From a virus: a stretch of DNA of 64,000 bases. The notes under the pieces were generated by a model. The model worked only from the letters and a program-made list of their open reading frames with translations. It did not search any database and was not told where the DNA came from. Of the stretch, positions 10,708 through 19,619 are shown in pieces. The stretch lies in IMG/VR virus record IMGVR_UViG_3300028571_000830, positions 52,918 to 116,917 of that record; one strand, 5' to 3'. Made by a program: the position numbers and the translations under genes. Each line of letters starts with the position of its first letter. Within the stretch, counting starts at the first letter, position 1.

Positions 10708-11832
10708 TTAAGGAAGGTATATAATATAATTAGTTGCCCATGCTGGCTGAAAATTTGGATGTGATAAACCACCACCTGCATTCTGTATATTTACAGATAC
10801 ACCATCTTGTGCAGAACTACTTTTACCTAAAGTTGGTGTTATAGTAGATAACATCATCTCATAATCTAAATCTGATCCAGGAACAGCTCTAGCTCTTGCA
10901 ACATTATTTGTAGCATTCACTACTTGTCCAATAGTTGAATTTACATCTGTAGTATACATGAAGTGTGTATGAGGAGTGACTGTTACAGTGTTTGTATGTG
11001 TGTGTGCAGGAATTTGTGTTGTAGTTAAAAGTACATTGTTTGTGCCATTCACTGAGTTTAATGTATACGTAGGATTACCAAATGCTGGATCCACTGCAGC
11101 AGACATTGCTCCTCCAGGAACACCTGTTGTTACACCTACACCCACTCTACCCCTTTTATCAGGAGTACCATTAGATCCATTACATATATAAATCTTATCC
11201 CATCCCAATCCTGCAATACCTGCTCCAGAACCATCAAAATTAGATAATGGACCATAGTATTCCACTGCAGTGAATGGAACCATTTTAGCATTCTGCTGAG
11301 TGATTGGAGATATTGAATTTAGATAGGCTTGTATTAATGCATCTAGATCAGCAAGTTTAACATAGTTTGTATCTACGTCTACAGCAAGAGCTACTAATGC
11401 AGCATCTACATCACAAAGTTTTGTAATTACAGCTTGTAGAATATCATGTGTACCACTTGTAGCAGATACGCCTGTTAAACAATCAACATCATAATTTCCT
11501 TCAAGAGCTGCAAGTTCTGCAACAATTACATCTATTTGAGCTTGTAAATCACAGGCTGCTTCAATCAATGCTGTGAAAAGGTTTAATGCATTTAAGTCTT
11601 CACAATCAGGAAGATATTGATTAACCACCTCACAAATAATTGCAGGATCTATAGTTAGTTTAATTCCTGTACCATCTAATGTAGATGTAAGAAATTCAAT
11701 AAGAGCCTGTTCTACATAAGACAGAGAGTCTCCTGTTTGTATTCCCAAAACAGGAACATCTATTCCTGTGTATCTAACACACTTATCTGAGACAATCTCA
11801 GTACATCCATTATAGCAATTTGAACAAGACAT
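10708..11832 (-). CDS. Tail fibre/needle protein with C-terminal tail-collar domain
   Basis: ICNGSNGTPDKRGRVGVG...LTTTQIPAHTH...GGGLSHPNFQPAWATNYII matches tail-collar/short-fibre motifs; central coiled coil. Confidence 0.75.
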   Translation of the reverse strand: MSCSNCYNGCTEIVSDKCVRYTGIDVPVLGIQTGDSLSYVEQALIEFLTSTLDGTGIKLTIDPAIICEVVNQYLPDCEDLNALNLFTALIEAACDLQAQIDVIVAELAALEGNYDVDCLTGVSATSGTHDILQAVITKLCDVDAALVALAVDVDTNYVKLADLDALIQAYLNSISPITQQNAKMVPFTAVEYYGPLSNFDGSGAGIAGLGWDKIYICNGSNGTPDKRGRVGVGVTTGVPGGAMSAAVDPAFGNPTYTLNSVNGTNNVLLTTTQIPAHTHTNTVTVTPHTHFMYTTDVNSTIGQVVNATNNVARARAVPGSDLDYEMMLSTITPTLGKSSSAQDGVSVNIQNAGGGLSHPNFQPAWATNYIIYLP

Positions 11833-11854
11833 GTTTATTTATATTTTAAAAGTT

Positions 11855-12454
11855 TTACCCTATTAAATTTGATTTTTTAATATTATCTAACCACCACAAA
11901 GGTTGTAGATTAGTGTAATGACATAATTTAATTATTTCTTCTTCAGTGTTAGCTGAAGATATTGGAATAATATGGTCAATATGATATCCATATTGTCCAA
12001 ATTCAGCTAAAGAAGTATTAGGAGGAGATTTAGATAAAATATATAATTTAAATTCTTCTATAGTACATCCTAAAATTATTTCAGACTTTAAGGACTTGTA
12101 ATACTTAACTCTACTTCTTTTAAAAGAATGGTATATAAGAGCTCGTACATTATTTTTAAATCTCAAAATAGGATTTATTTTTCGTAGTTGCTTAGAGTTA
12201 TAATTTTTTCTATACAGTAATATCTTTTCTTTATTATTATCTCTCCAAACTTTATTTTTTATACGTAGGCTTTCTCTGTTTTTAGTATTATAAATTTTTC
12301 TATTTTCCTTTAATTTTTCTGTATTAATTACATCCCATTGTTTTTTATAATCCCTAAGTTGCTCTCTTTTAAGATTTCGTAATACACTTTGCTGTATTCT
12401 TCTTGCAGCAATTCTCTCTTCTTCAGTTTGATACTTTTTAGGTCTTCCTGCCAT
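11855..12454 (-). CDS. Free-standing HNH homing endonuclease
   Basis: Basic N-terminus; ILGCTIEEFK...YHIDHIIPISSA...CHYTNLQPLWWLDNIKKSN. Confidence 0.85.
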   Translation of the reverse strand: MAGRPKKYQTEEERIAARRIQQSVLRNLKREQLRDYKKQWDVINTEKLKENRKIYNTKNRESLRIKNKVWRDNNKEKILLYRKNYNSKQLRKINPILRFKNNVRALIYHSFKRSRVKYYKSLKSEIILGCTIEEFKLYILSKSPPNTSLAEFGQYGYHIDHIIPISSANTEEEIIKLCHYTNLQPLWWLDNIKKSNLIG

Positions 12455-12720
12455 TATTTATATTTCAATAACTTAACCCTACTAGCAATCATCTCAACAG
12501 TGAATGGTTCAGCATAATCTGAATTACAAAATTTATACATTAGTATTCTTTTATAATTCAAAAGATCCATTATAGCTTCTGCTGGTACAGGTTGGTTTAA
12601 TGAATAGATAAGATTATTATATAGAGTGCTTGCTAATTCTGTTAGTCTACAATCTATATCAATTAAAAGTGCTGTCACTGTAGCACATGCTGGATAAGTG
12701 GTTAGTCTAGGAGTTAACAT
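12454..12720 (-). CDS. Small structural protein (hub-like, crAss block)
   Basis: 88-aa ORF in the structural operon; function inferred from synteny. Confidence 0.45.
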   Translation of the reverse strand: MLTPRLTTYPACATVTALLIDIDCRLTELASTLYNNLIYSLNQPVPAEAIMDLLNYKRILMYKFCNSDYAEPFTVEMIASRVKLLKYK

Positions 12721-12832
12721 ATTCTATAACTTGTTTAAGCTTTGTAGCAGCTGCACGACACATTGCACAAAGACCATTAACTAATTGACATCCACATCCA
12801 AAATTTGCTTTACATCCTCTACAAGTAGCCAT
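12707..12832 (-). CDS. 41-aa Cys-rich putative Zn-binding protein
   Basis: Below the track cutoff: MATCRGCKANFGCGCQLVNGLCAMCRAAATKLKQVIEYVNS*; fills the gap between two operon genes. Confidence 0.65.
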   Translation of the reverse strand: MATCRGCKANFGCGCQLVNGLCAMCRAAATKLKQVIEYVNS

Positions 12833-12833
12833 A

Positions 12834-13454
12834 TTATCTAAAGTTTACAACATAGTTATTACCAGAACAATAACAGTTATTTCTAATAAAATTATCTAGC
12901 ATATTATTTGCTTGAGTGTATAATCTATTAGATTCAGTTATTGCACAATTATTTGCAGCAGCTATAGATCCTTGAATAAAGAAATATATACTCGTAAGAT
13001 TAACTTTCTGTTGAGTCTTTATAGCTCTATCACATTCCATCATGTCAAGTTTCATAAATGCTTCATCAAACTTCTCTTGTATTTTATCCACTCTCATAAT
13101 ACTTCTTTCAACAAAGTTTTCGTATGCAGGAGCAATAGTGTATCTAAGAGTGTAAACTCCATCAGGAAGAGGTAGTAAAGGCTCTCCAATAACAGTGAGT
13201 CCTAATGAAGCAGATGTAAATATATTAAAATCATTAGGTGTAAAAGGAAGAATTACAACTCCTAATGATGGAACAGTTATCTCAATTGTAGGAGCTGTTA
13301 CAATAGGAGGGGTGGTAGGATATGTTGATGCATCAGCTACACCTAACGTTAACGTACTGTATGTAGGTACTACTATTATATCTAGATTTAAAGCTGGCAT
13401 AATTAGTTTAAATAAATATGCCAGAGGATCTGAGAGTCCTCTCACCTCTGGCAT
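12834..13454 (-). CDS. Putative tail hub/structural protein (true start probably MPALNL, about 13400)
   Basis: Ig-like beta-rich region with LPDGVYTLRYT, then a helical C-terminus; synteny after the auxiliary capsid protein. Confidence 0.5.
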   Translation of the reverse strand: MPEVRGLSDPLAYLFKLIMPALNLDIIVVPTYSTLTLGVADASTYPTTPPIVTAPTIEITVPSLGVVILPFTPNDFNIFTSASLGLTVIGEPLLPLPDGVYTLRYTIAPAYENFVERSIMRVDKIQEKFDEAFMKLDMMECDRAIKTQQKVNLTSIYFFIQGSIAAANNCAITESNRLYTQANNMLDNFIRNNCYCSGNNYVVNFR

Positions 13455-13487
13455 AGGTTATGTAATATTTAATTTACAACTATCCAA

Positions 13488-14663
13488 TTATGGAATTAAA
13501 GTGGAAGTGGTTGTAGTAGTAGGCCAAATTGTAGTGGTGGTAGAAGTGGTTGTAACACAAGTGTTATCATTAGTCACAGTACCAAGAGCAGCCTCTAATA
13601 CAGTTTCAATAGCAGCAGCAATTCCACTTACAGTTGAATTAGGAGCAGCAATAATCACCATAGAATCTTCCATGATATAATCACCCCACTGATAAGCAGA
13701 TTTGTTATACTCATTGAACTTGATGTAGTAAGTATCATAAGTCACTCCTGAAGATACCCAAGACTCAAAGTTCTCATTGTATCCAGCCATTCTGTAAAGA
13801 TGCTTTAAGTATCCTGCTTGGTAGCTGTAGAAATTTTTCTCTAGTTGAGCAATTTCAGCAGATTGACCTGAAGCATAAGAAGAACGTTGAATGATGATTG
13901 GATCAGCAACAATGTCACAATTGTCAGCAACAATAAAGTCAGCAGTGGTAGCAGGACCATTATATACAAATGTACGGAAATACATTCTGTCATATTCAAA
14001 AGGGAATGCAGCAACATCACATGGTTGACCATATATAGTTAGAGGCTTTCCAGTGATACGAAGGATGGCAGAAGCATCATTTCCTAAACGTTGGAATGTG
14101 TAGAATGTATTGAAACTGATGTTATCAGGATTGTTACCTGGAGCTTCTTGTTGTAATTTAGCAATAACGCTATCAATGAATTGAGGAATATCAACTGAAT
14201 CACAAGGATTAGCATCACAAGCACAGCAAGGAGCTTGAACAGTTACTGAACGAGTGAAACCATTGAAATACAATGTGTCAATGTAAGAAGAATGTGCACG
14301 AAGAGTTAATGTAACTACATCACCACACTGTACATTCCAATTAGTTACATCAGTAACTTGAGTTGCAGCAGTGGGACATCCTTTTACTGTGTACCATTCA
14401 GTCACATTAGAATTACAACCAGAACCTGATGGACATCCTTTAATCTTATCAGAACGTTTAGATCCTTGTAGATAAGTGTTTGTTCTACCTTGAGCTATGT
14501 AAAAATAAGGAGAAGCAGCAATATTACCAGCTGTTGCTATGGTATAATCACTTCTAAAAATACCCACTTGACCTGCAGTGAGATCTTGGGTTGAACCAGA
14601 GCTAGGAAGAGCAGTCTGTCCTACTGGAACCACGAATAACGTGGTTAATGAAAAATCAGCCAT
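13488..14663 (-). CDS. Auxiliary capsid (decoration) protein, crAss gp36-like
   Basis: 391 aa in the conserved position after the ring gene; C-terminal TYDTYYIKF...VIIAAP followed by a Thr-rich tail. Confidence 0.6.
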   Translation of the reverse strand: MADFSLTTLFVVPVGQTALPSSGSTQDLTAGQVGIFRSDYTIATAGNIAASPYFYIAQGRTNTYLQGSKRSDKIKGCPSGSGCNSNVTEWYTVKGCPTAATQVTDVTNWNVQCGDVVTLTLRAHSSYIDTLYFNGFTRSVTVQAPCCACDANPCDSVDIPQFIDSVIAKLQQEAPGNNPDNISFNTFYTFQRLGNDASAILRITGKPLTIYGQPCDVAAFPFEYDRMYFRTFVYNGPATTADFIVADNCDIVADPIIIQRSSYASGQSAEIAQLEKNFYSYQAGYLKHLYRMAGYNENFESWVSSGVTYDTYYIKFNEYNKSAYQWGDYIMEDSMVIIAAPNSTVSGIAAAIETVLEAALGTVTNDNTCVTTTSTTTTIWPTTTTTSTLIP

Positions 14664-14692
14664 TTTTTATATTAATTTAATTGTTTAAAATT

Positions 14693-15424
14693 TTATTCAT
14701 TTGTTTGTATCCTGTATGTTGCACTTTGTACAGCAGATTGATTCTCAGTATACATTGCGAGATTTTGAACTGTAAGATCTAGAAGTTCATCTTCAAGATA
14801 TAATTCAAGCTCACAATCTCTATCTACTGATGGATTTCCATCAAATCCAATATATCCTGATTTATCAATGTATACAGGATATCGCATATACATTATGTTA
14901 ATAGATGTTGGTGTAAACGTACCATCTGTAAATATGCTCATCTCATCAGTGGCAAGATAATTGAATGTTTCTTGATACTCAAATGATGGTTTATAGTGAA
15001 CATTATTTAAAAGAAACTGTAAGTCACCATGTTTAGTTAAATCATTGTTTATCCAAATCTTTCTGTTCTTACATCTACCCTTATCTGCTAATACATAGCA
15101 ATCTAAGTAGAACATGTATTTTGGCACTAGATTGGTTACATCTGCTTTCCATTGATTTAATTGTGCATCTTCTAATGTCAAAGCAAGTGGTTGATGATTA
15201 TAATCTTCAACTAAACTTTGTAAATCTTCATAACGTTTCTTGAAAGAATCAAGTCCCATTCCACTAGATGTACTAAATCCATCAACCTTTTGCTTAATTA
15301 ACTTAATCTGAGCTTCATTTAATGCTAAAATTTTATCTTCAAGATTAATTTGCTGATGTTCGTTTGTGGATAGCTTATTTAGTTTTTGATCTATTTTATA
15401 TAATAAACTATCTACTGGTATCAT
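14693..15424 (-). CDS. Virion ring protein (crAss gp34/35-like)
   Basis: LNKLS...ILALNEAQ...GLDSFKKRYEDLQSL...YMRYP...CEL pattern; synteny. Confidence 0.6.
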   Translation of the reverse strand: MIPVDSLLYKIDQKLNKLSTNEHQQINLEDKILALNEAQIKLIKQKVDGFSTSSGMGLDSFKKRYEDLQSLVEDYNHQPLALTLEDAQLNQWKADVTNLVPKYMFYLDCYVLADKGRCKNRKIWINNDLTKHGDLQFLLNNVHYKPSFEYQETFNYLATDEMSIFTDGTFTPTSINIMYMRYPVYIDKSGYIGFDGNPSVDRDCELELYLEDELLDLTVQNLAMYTENQSAVQSATYRIQTNE

Positions 15425-16389
15425 ACAGATGCTAATTTTTTAGATTTAACTTTTTGTTCAAGAGTGATTAACTCATCTTGATTATCATCATCAGCAAGGA
15501 ATTTGATTAAATCTTCTTCATCCTTTGCCACTTCAAACTCTCCTTCGTACACTTTACCATTAGCTTTTAATCTATATACGGAATGGATAATTGCTTGTTT
15601 TACAAGATCTTTAATATGGAGCAAGTTTTCTTTCATGTCAGCAAATCTGCCAAACACTTCAACAGGATTCAATCCTTGGAATTTACCATTAGCAAATTCT
15701 GTTTGTTTAAGAACATTATCCACTAAGTTATATACCACTTCTTCTTTAGTATCATCTGTAACAGGTAATCCTAATAATCGTGCCACTTTCCTTTTCTTTT
15801 CAGGACTCATTGAGTCAAATTTGACAATAGCCTTATTGATCAATTGTTTCTTCTTATAGATGACAGCATTCTCTATTTCATCATCAGCTACATAAAATTG
15901 TGTGTCAGCTGAATATTCTCCACGTTCCCAAGCTTGGTAACTAGAAGCAATAGTAGGGTGAACACGTAACCAAGAAAAAGCTAATTCCTGAAAGGGATTA
16001 CTTAAATCGAAATAGTTATCACCATCTAGTAACTTAACAGCTTGTACGTGTAGTACGTCATCTGCAGAAGTTGATAAACCATAGTTCCAAAAAGAAGAAC
16101 GTGGTCCTAAATCAACACTACCTAACGCTTCTTCAAGTTTTATTTTGAGAGCTTTAACACGTTCAGTTTCTAATTCTCTTTCTAGTGGATCTTGAATTCT
16201 GCGAATGTACGCAGCATTAACATCTAGTCCTGTTCTATACTGACCATCCAATTCCTTATAAGGATATTTGAATACACCTGTACCAGGAATTCTTGTCAAA
16301 CCTTTTGCAGAAAGTCCTCCTTGCATTGTTTGTAATTGAGAGTTATTGTAATCTCTTTTAAGTGTGGCGATTTTTCCTATCTTGCCCAT
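15421..16389 (-). CDS. Conserved crAss-like protein downstream of the major capsid gene (gp33-like)
   Basis: 322-aa ORF immediately downstream of the MCP gene. Confidence 0.55.
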   Translation of the reverse strand: MGKIGKIATLKRDYNNSQLQTMQGGLSAKGLTRIPGTGVFKYPYKELDGQYRTGLDVNAAYIRRIQDPLERELETERVKALKIKLEEALGSVDLGPRSSFWNYGLSTSADDVLHVQAVKLLDGDNYFDLSNPFQELAFSWLRVHPTIASSYQAWERGEYSADTQFYVADDEIENAVIYKKKQLINKAIVKFDSMSPEKKRKVARLLGLPVTDDTKEEVVYNLVDNVLKQTEFANGKFQGLNPVEVFGRFADMKENLLHIKDLVKQAIIHSVYRLKANGKVYEGEFEVAKDEEDLIKFLADDDNQDELITLEQKVKSKKLASV

Positions 16390-16414
16390 AATGTAGTTTA
16401 ATTTATTTGGTTTT

Positions 16415-16625
16415 TGTAAAATGAATCAAGTGCTGTTCTTATGGGAAGCAAATGATTACTATTGCAGAGTGTTTCCATTGAAGGAAATGCAAAGAGACAT
16501 ATAATCTCAGTCATCACTCTGAAAAGAGAACGTAGGCTCCCACAGGTGGGAGGATGTAAGGAGCCTACTTCTCAGAGACAGCTCATCTTAAGCGACCAGT
16601 TCTTATGAGATGGCAGAGGGGCGTA
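16415..16625 (-). ncRNA. Candidate structured cis-RNA between the MCP gene and the next gene
   Basis: GC-rich intergenic region with several stems: cagagtg/cactctg three-way junction and gtaggctcc/ggagcctac hairpin; a G-U pair favours the minus strand. Confidence 0.45.
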
Positions 16626-16633
16626 TTATTGTA

Positions 16634-18187
16634 TTAGAATTGTGGTATTTCTTCAATCAAGACTGTACGAGACAAATCTTCAATAAAGATATCACAACGA
16701 TCCTTCATCCAGATTTCATATCCTGGGAATTTGTTAGCAGAGCTCATACCTTGAGATTTTGCAAATCCTAAGTGATGACGAGTTCCATCAATATATCCCC
16801 AAGTCATAGAAGGTGCACCCTTCATTCTCACTTCTCTCATATTGTTAATCATAGAACCATCAGACATTGGAGATACATCAAATACCATAAATACTGGTGT
16901 GCTCTTTTTGTTCTGACCAAATTCTAGATTTGATTGTGGTAAATCTAATTCTTTCAAGTGAATAAGTTCAACACGACCAGTCTCACGAGTTACCATTGAA
17001 TCAAACGCAAAGTTGTAAGTGATGTGTTGTCCTTCTCCTTGTAGATATCTGTTTCCAGAATCAGCCATGAAAGTTAAGCCAGAATTTAAAGCATCATTCT
17101 TTAGAGCCTGCTGGAATACATCGAATCCTGCCTCATTGGTGTACATCTTTACACGTCTGTCTTTAACATCAACACGTCTGTAGAAAAGATCTCCAAATAC
17201 TGAACGAATCAAGTTAGCAGAGAATTCTCCACGATTGTATTGTACTAAGTTACCATTGTTACGCATTCTGTGGTATACACCTGCAGAGGTACGCTTAAGT
17301 TCTTGTTTAGAACCATTGGTCTTCACTGTACCTGGCTTAGACCAAATCATACGCTTCACCTTAAGTTCAAGCATAGACTTACGCATCCAGAATTCAATGA
17401 ATGGCTCCCACTTAACATCATTACGTGTAAGAGGTAATTGATTACGTCTCTGTGGAGCATATACTAGAATATCTAGAGCTTTACCAGAAGCATCAACCAT
17501 CATTTTGTCATCAGCCCATTCAGTGATCTTGTGCTCATAACCATATGCAGAACCTAAAGATTCAAACATAGTGATCTTCTCACCTAAGCGAGGCAATCCT
17601 AATAAGTCTTGATCAAATTCACCAATAGCAGCATCAACTAATTCTAGCTCAATACCAGTCTTTAGGAAAGTGGAACTTACGAAATCCACTGTTGGGTTAT
17701 CAGTGACTAATGTGAAAGAATACAAATATCCCATATTCCAAGGAATAGGATCTTTGATCACGTAGAAACGTGGACCATATTGACGAGATCCTACAGAGAT
17801 GATAGCATTCTTAGAGAATTCGTTAGTATCTATTACTAATGAAAACTCTTGACCATCAATACCTGGTTTGCTCAACTCTAACGTTGATGCAGGAATGTCA
17901 ATGATTTTAGGAAATTTGTAAGGAACTTGTACATCCCATTTCCAAGCATCACTGTTATTATCAATGTAATAAGGTGTGCTCTTGTTGATCATGTCCAAGA
18001 AATCATTACTGTACAATGAACTCTGGGTGTAAAGACTGATGATTTTCTTATCATAATCTGCAGGTTCAGTTGAGTGAAAAGACTCTAAGTGATTAGAATC
18101 AGTGAGCTTACCAACAGCACGTTTGTCCATTGAAGCCACTCTCGCATAAGTAAAACCAGTTAAACCTGGAATTGTTTGAATTGCCAT
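16634..18187 (-). CDS. Major capsid protein (crAss-like)
   Basis: 517 aa; LTDSNHL N-terminal motif; order TerL-portal-scaffold-MCP. Confidence 0.85.
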   Translation of the reverse strand: MAIQTIPGLTGFTYARVASMDKRAVGKLTDSNHLESFHSTEPADYDKKIISLYTQSSLYSNDFLDMINKSTPYYIDNNSDAWKWDVQVPYKFPKIIDIPASTLELSKPGIDGQEFSLVIDTNEFSKNAIISVGSRQYGPRFYVIKDPIPWNMGYLYSFTLVTDNPTVDFVSSTFLKTGIELELVDAAIGEFDQDLLGLPRLGEKITMFESLGSAYGYEHKITEWADDKMMVDASGKALDILVYAPQRRNQLPLTRNDVKWEPFIEFWMRKSMLELKVKRMIWSKPGTVKTNGSKQELKRTSAGVYHRMRNNGNLVQYNRGEFSANLIRSVFGDLFYRRVDVKDRRVKMYTNEAGFDVFQQALKNDALNSGLTFMADSGNRYLQGEGQHITYNFAFDSMVTRETGRVELIHLKELDLPQSNLEFGQNKKSTPVFMVFDVSPMSDGSMINNMREVRMKGAPSMTWGYIDGTRHHLGFAKSQGMSSANKFPGYEIWMKDRCDIFIEDLSRTVLIEEIPQF

Positions 18188-18218
18188 TTTTTTATTATTT
18201 TAAATTATTATTGATATA

Positions 18219-19481
18219 TTATAAAAACCATGAATCTGATTTTTCTGATTTATTCCCTTTCACTACACCCTTCTGTACTTGTCTTGCCACTTCACCAAAT
18301 AAGTCATTTGATTTTTTAGTAATGCCTGTTTTTTGTATAGTTGATAATGTAGGATCTTTTTCTAGAATCTTTAACAATAATGCCACCTTCACTTTCATTT
18401 GGTGATTTTCAGGTCTTTTCATTTCTAGAATAGTGCGATCAAAATCAGTAAGTGTTTCACCAGATGTTGTCTTATACTTATCTACCAATAAGAAATCCTG
18501 TAGTTCACTTGCTAGTTTAGGGTTTAATGGAATACCATCAAACTCTTTTGTTTTCAGCTTATCTTGAAGGATAGCCTGAACATTACTTATATATTGATTC
18601 TTAATACTTGCTTTTTGTTGCAATTCTCTTTCTGAGTTTTGCTCTAGTTGTTGAAGTTTTTGTCCTTCTTTTTTAACTAACACCTTGTGATGTTTAGTAG
18701 CAACAGTTTCAAGATCACCATAGTTCTGTAATCTTTCCACTTCAGTTTCTACATCTTCTGGTTCAAATCCTTGATCAGTTAATGCTTGTTTAATCACTGC
18801 TATCTGATTTTTTTCCTGTGAAAGGTCCATATCAGAAAAATTAGCTATAGTGTTAAATGTATCAAAATACTCTTTAGGATTAACTCCTTTAACAAATATG
18901 GCATCAAATGCTTGTTGGTAATCTTCACCAAATTGTCCAATGAAATTATTAACAACTTCAATAGCCCCTTTCTTTTTCTCTACTTGAAACTTTTCTAAGA
19001 ATTCTTCAGGAGTGTTTATTTCTACATCCTCATCACCATCTTCTTTGGTAAATACACCTAGTTTAAATAAATCATTAGCAAGTGCTCCAAATCTAGTTAC
19101 TTCTGGTTCATTATCGTCACCATCATCATCTTCTGATGTTTTCTTTACAACAGGAGCTTTGATTTCTTTTTTCTCATCATCATCCTCTTCATCATCACCA
19201 TCATCTCCTCCTGATAAGAAATCACTTATACTAGCTTTAGTTTCTTCGTCTTTATCTTCAGTGTTCACAACATCATCTCCTATACTTTTTATAGGAGCAG
19301 GTTTAGTTTTTGCAGGAGCAGGATCTTCCACTTCTTTTACAATTTTCTGAAGACCATCAGGACTACTTGTAGAAGTTTCTGGTTCAAATAAATCACTTAG
19401 TAATTCAGAGTTTCCCATGCCCATTTCCATAGTGTTTTCAATACTAAATTCGAAAGAAGGGCTATTTAAATTATCAGCCAT
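18219..19481 (-). CDS. Acidic scaffold-like/structural protein (crAss gene-77 position)
   Basis: Highly acidic disordered N-terminus and coiled-coil C-terminus; lies between portal and MCP. Confidence 0.6.
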   Translation of the reverse strand: MADNLNSPSFEFSIENTMEMGMGNSELLSDLFEPETSTSSPDGLQKIVKEVEDPAPAKTKPAPIKSIGDDVVNTEDKDEETKASISDFLSGGDDGDDEEDDDEKKEIKAPVVKKTSEDDDGDDNEPEVTRFGALANDLFKLGVFTKEDGDEDVEINTPEEFLEKFQVEKKKGAIEVVNNFIGQFGEDYQQAFDAIFVKGVNPKEYFDTFNTIANFSDMDLSQEKNQIAVIKQALTDQGFEPEDVETEVERLQNYGDLETVATKHHKVLVKKEGQKLQQLEQNSERELQQKASIKNQYISNVQAILQDKLKTKEFDGIPLNPKLASELQDFLLVDKYKTTSGETLTDFDRTILEMKRPENHQMKVKVALLLKILEKDPTLSTIQKTGITKKSNDLFGEVARQVQKGVVKGNKSEKSDSWFL

Positions 19482-19514
19482 ATGTAGTTTTTTATTATGT
19501 TTGGTTTATTGACG

Positions 19515-19545
19515 TAAAATTATACAACATCTATGAAAATACAAA
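19515..19545 (-). promoter_or_regulatory. Putative Bacteroidota-type promoter for scaffold/MCP genes
   Basis: Minus strand TTTG-N19-TAATTTTA. Confidence 0.4.
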
Positions 19546-19619
19546 GACTTATATCACTATATACCAACTTATTCAAGATAATATAGCATTAAAGTTTTTG
19601 TATTTCTAATCAAAAATGT

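Noticed and set aside
9553-11832. Diversity-generating retroelement or invertible cassette at the tail fibre
   Set aside because: No reverse transcriptase, TR/VR pair or invertase seen in the window
16465-16521. Hammerhead ribozyme (TGATGA...GAAAC on the minus strand)
   Set aside because: Lacks CUGAUGA in the right junction, and the GAAA is paired inside a stem
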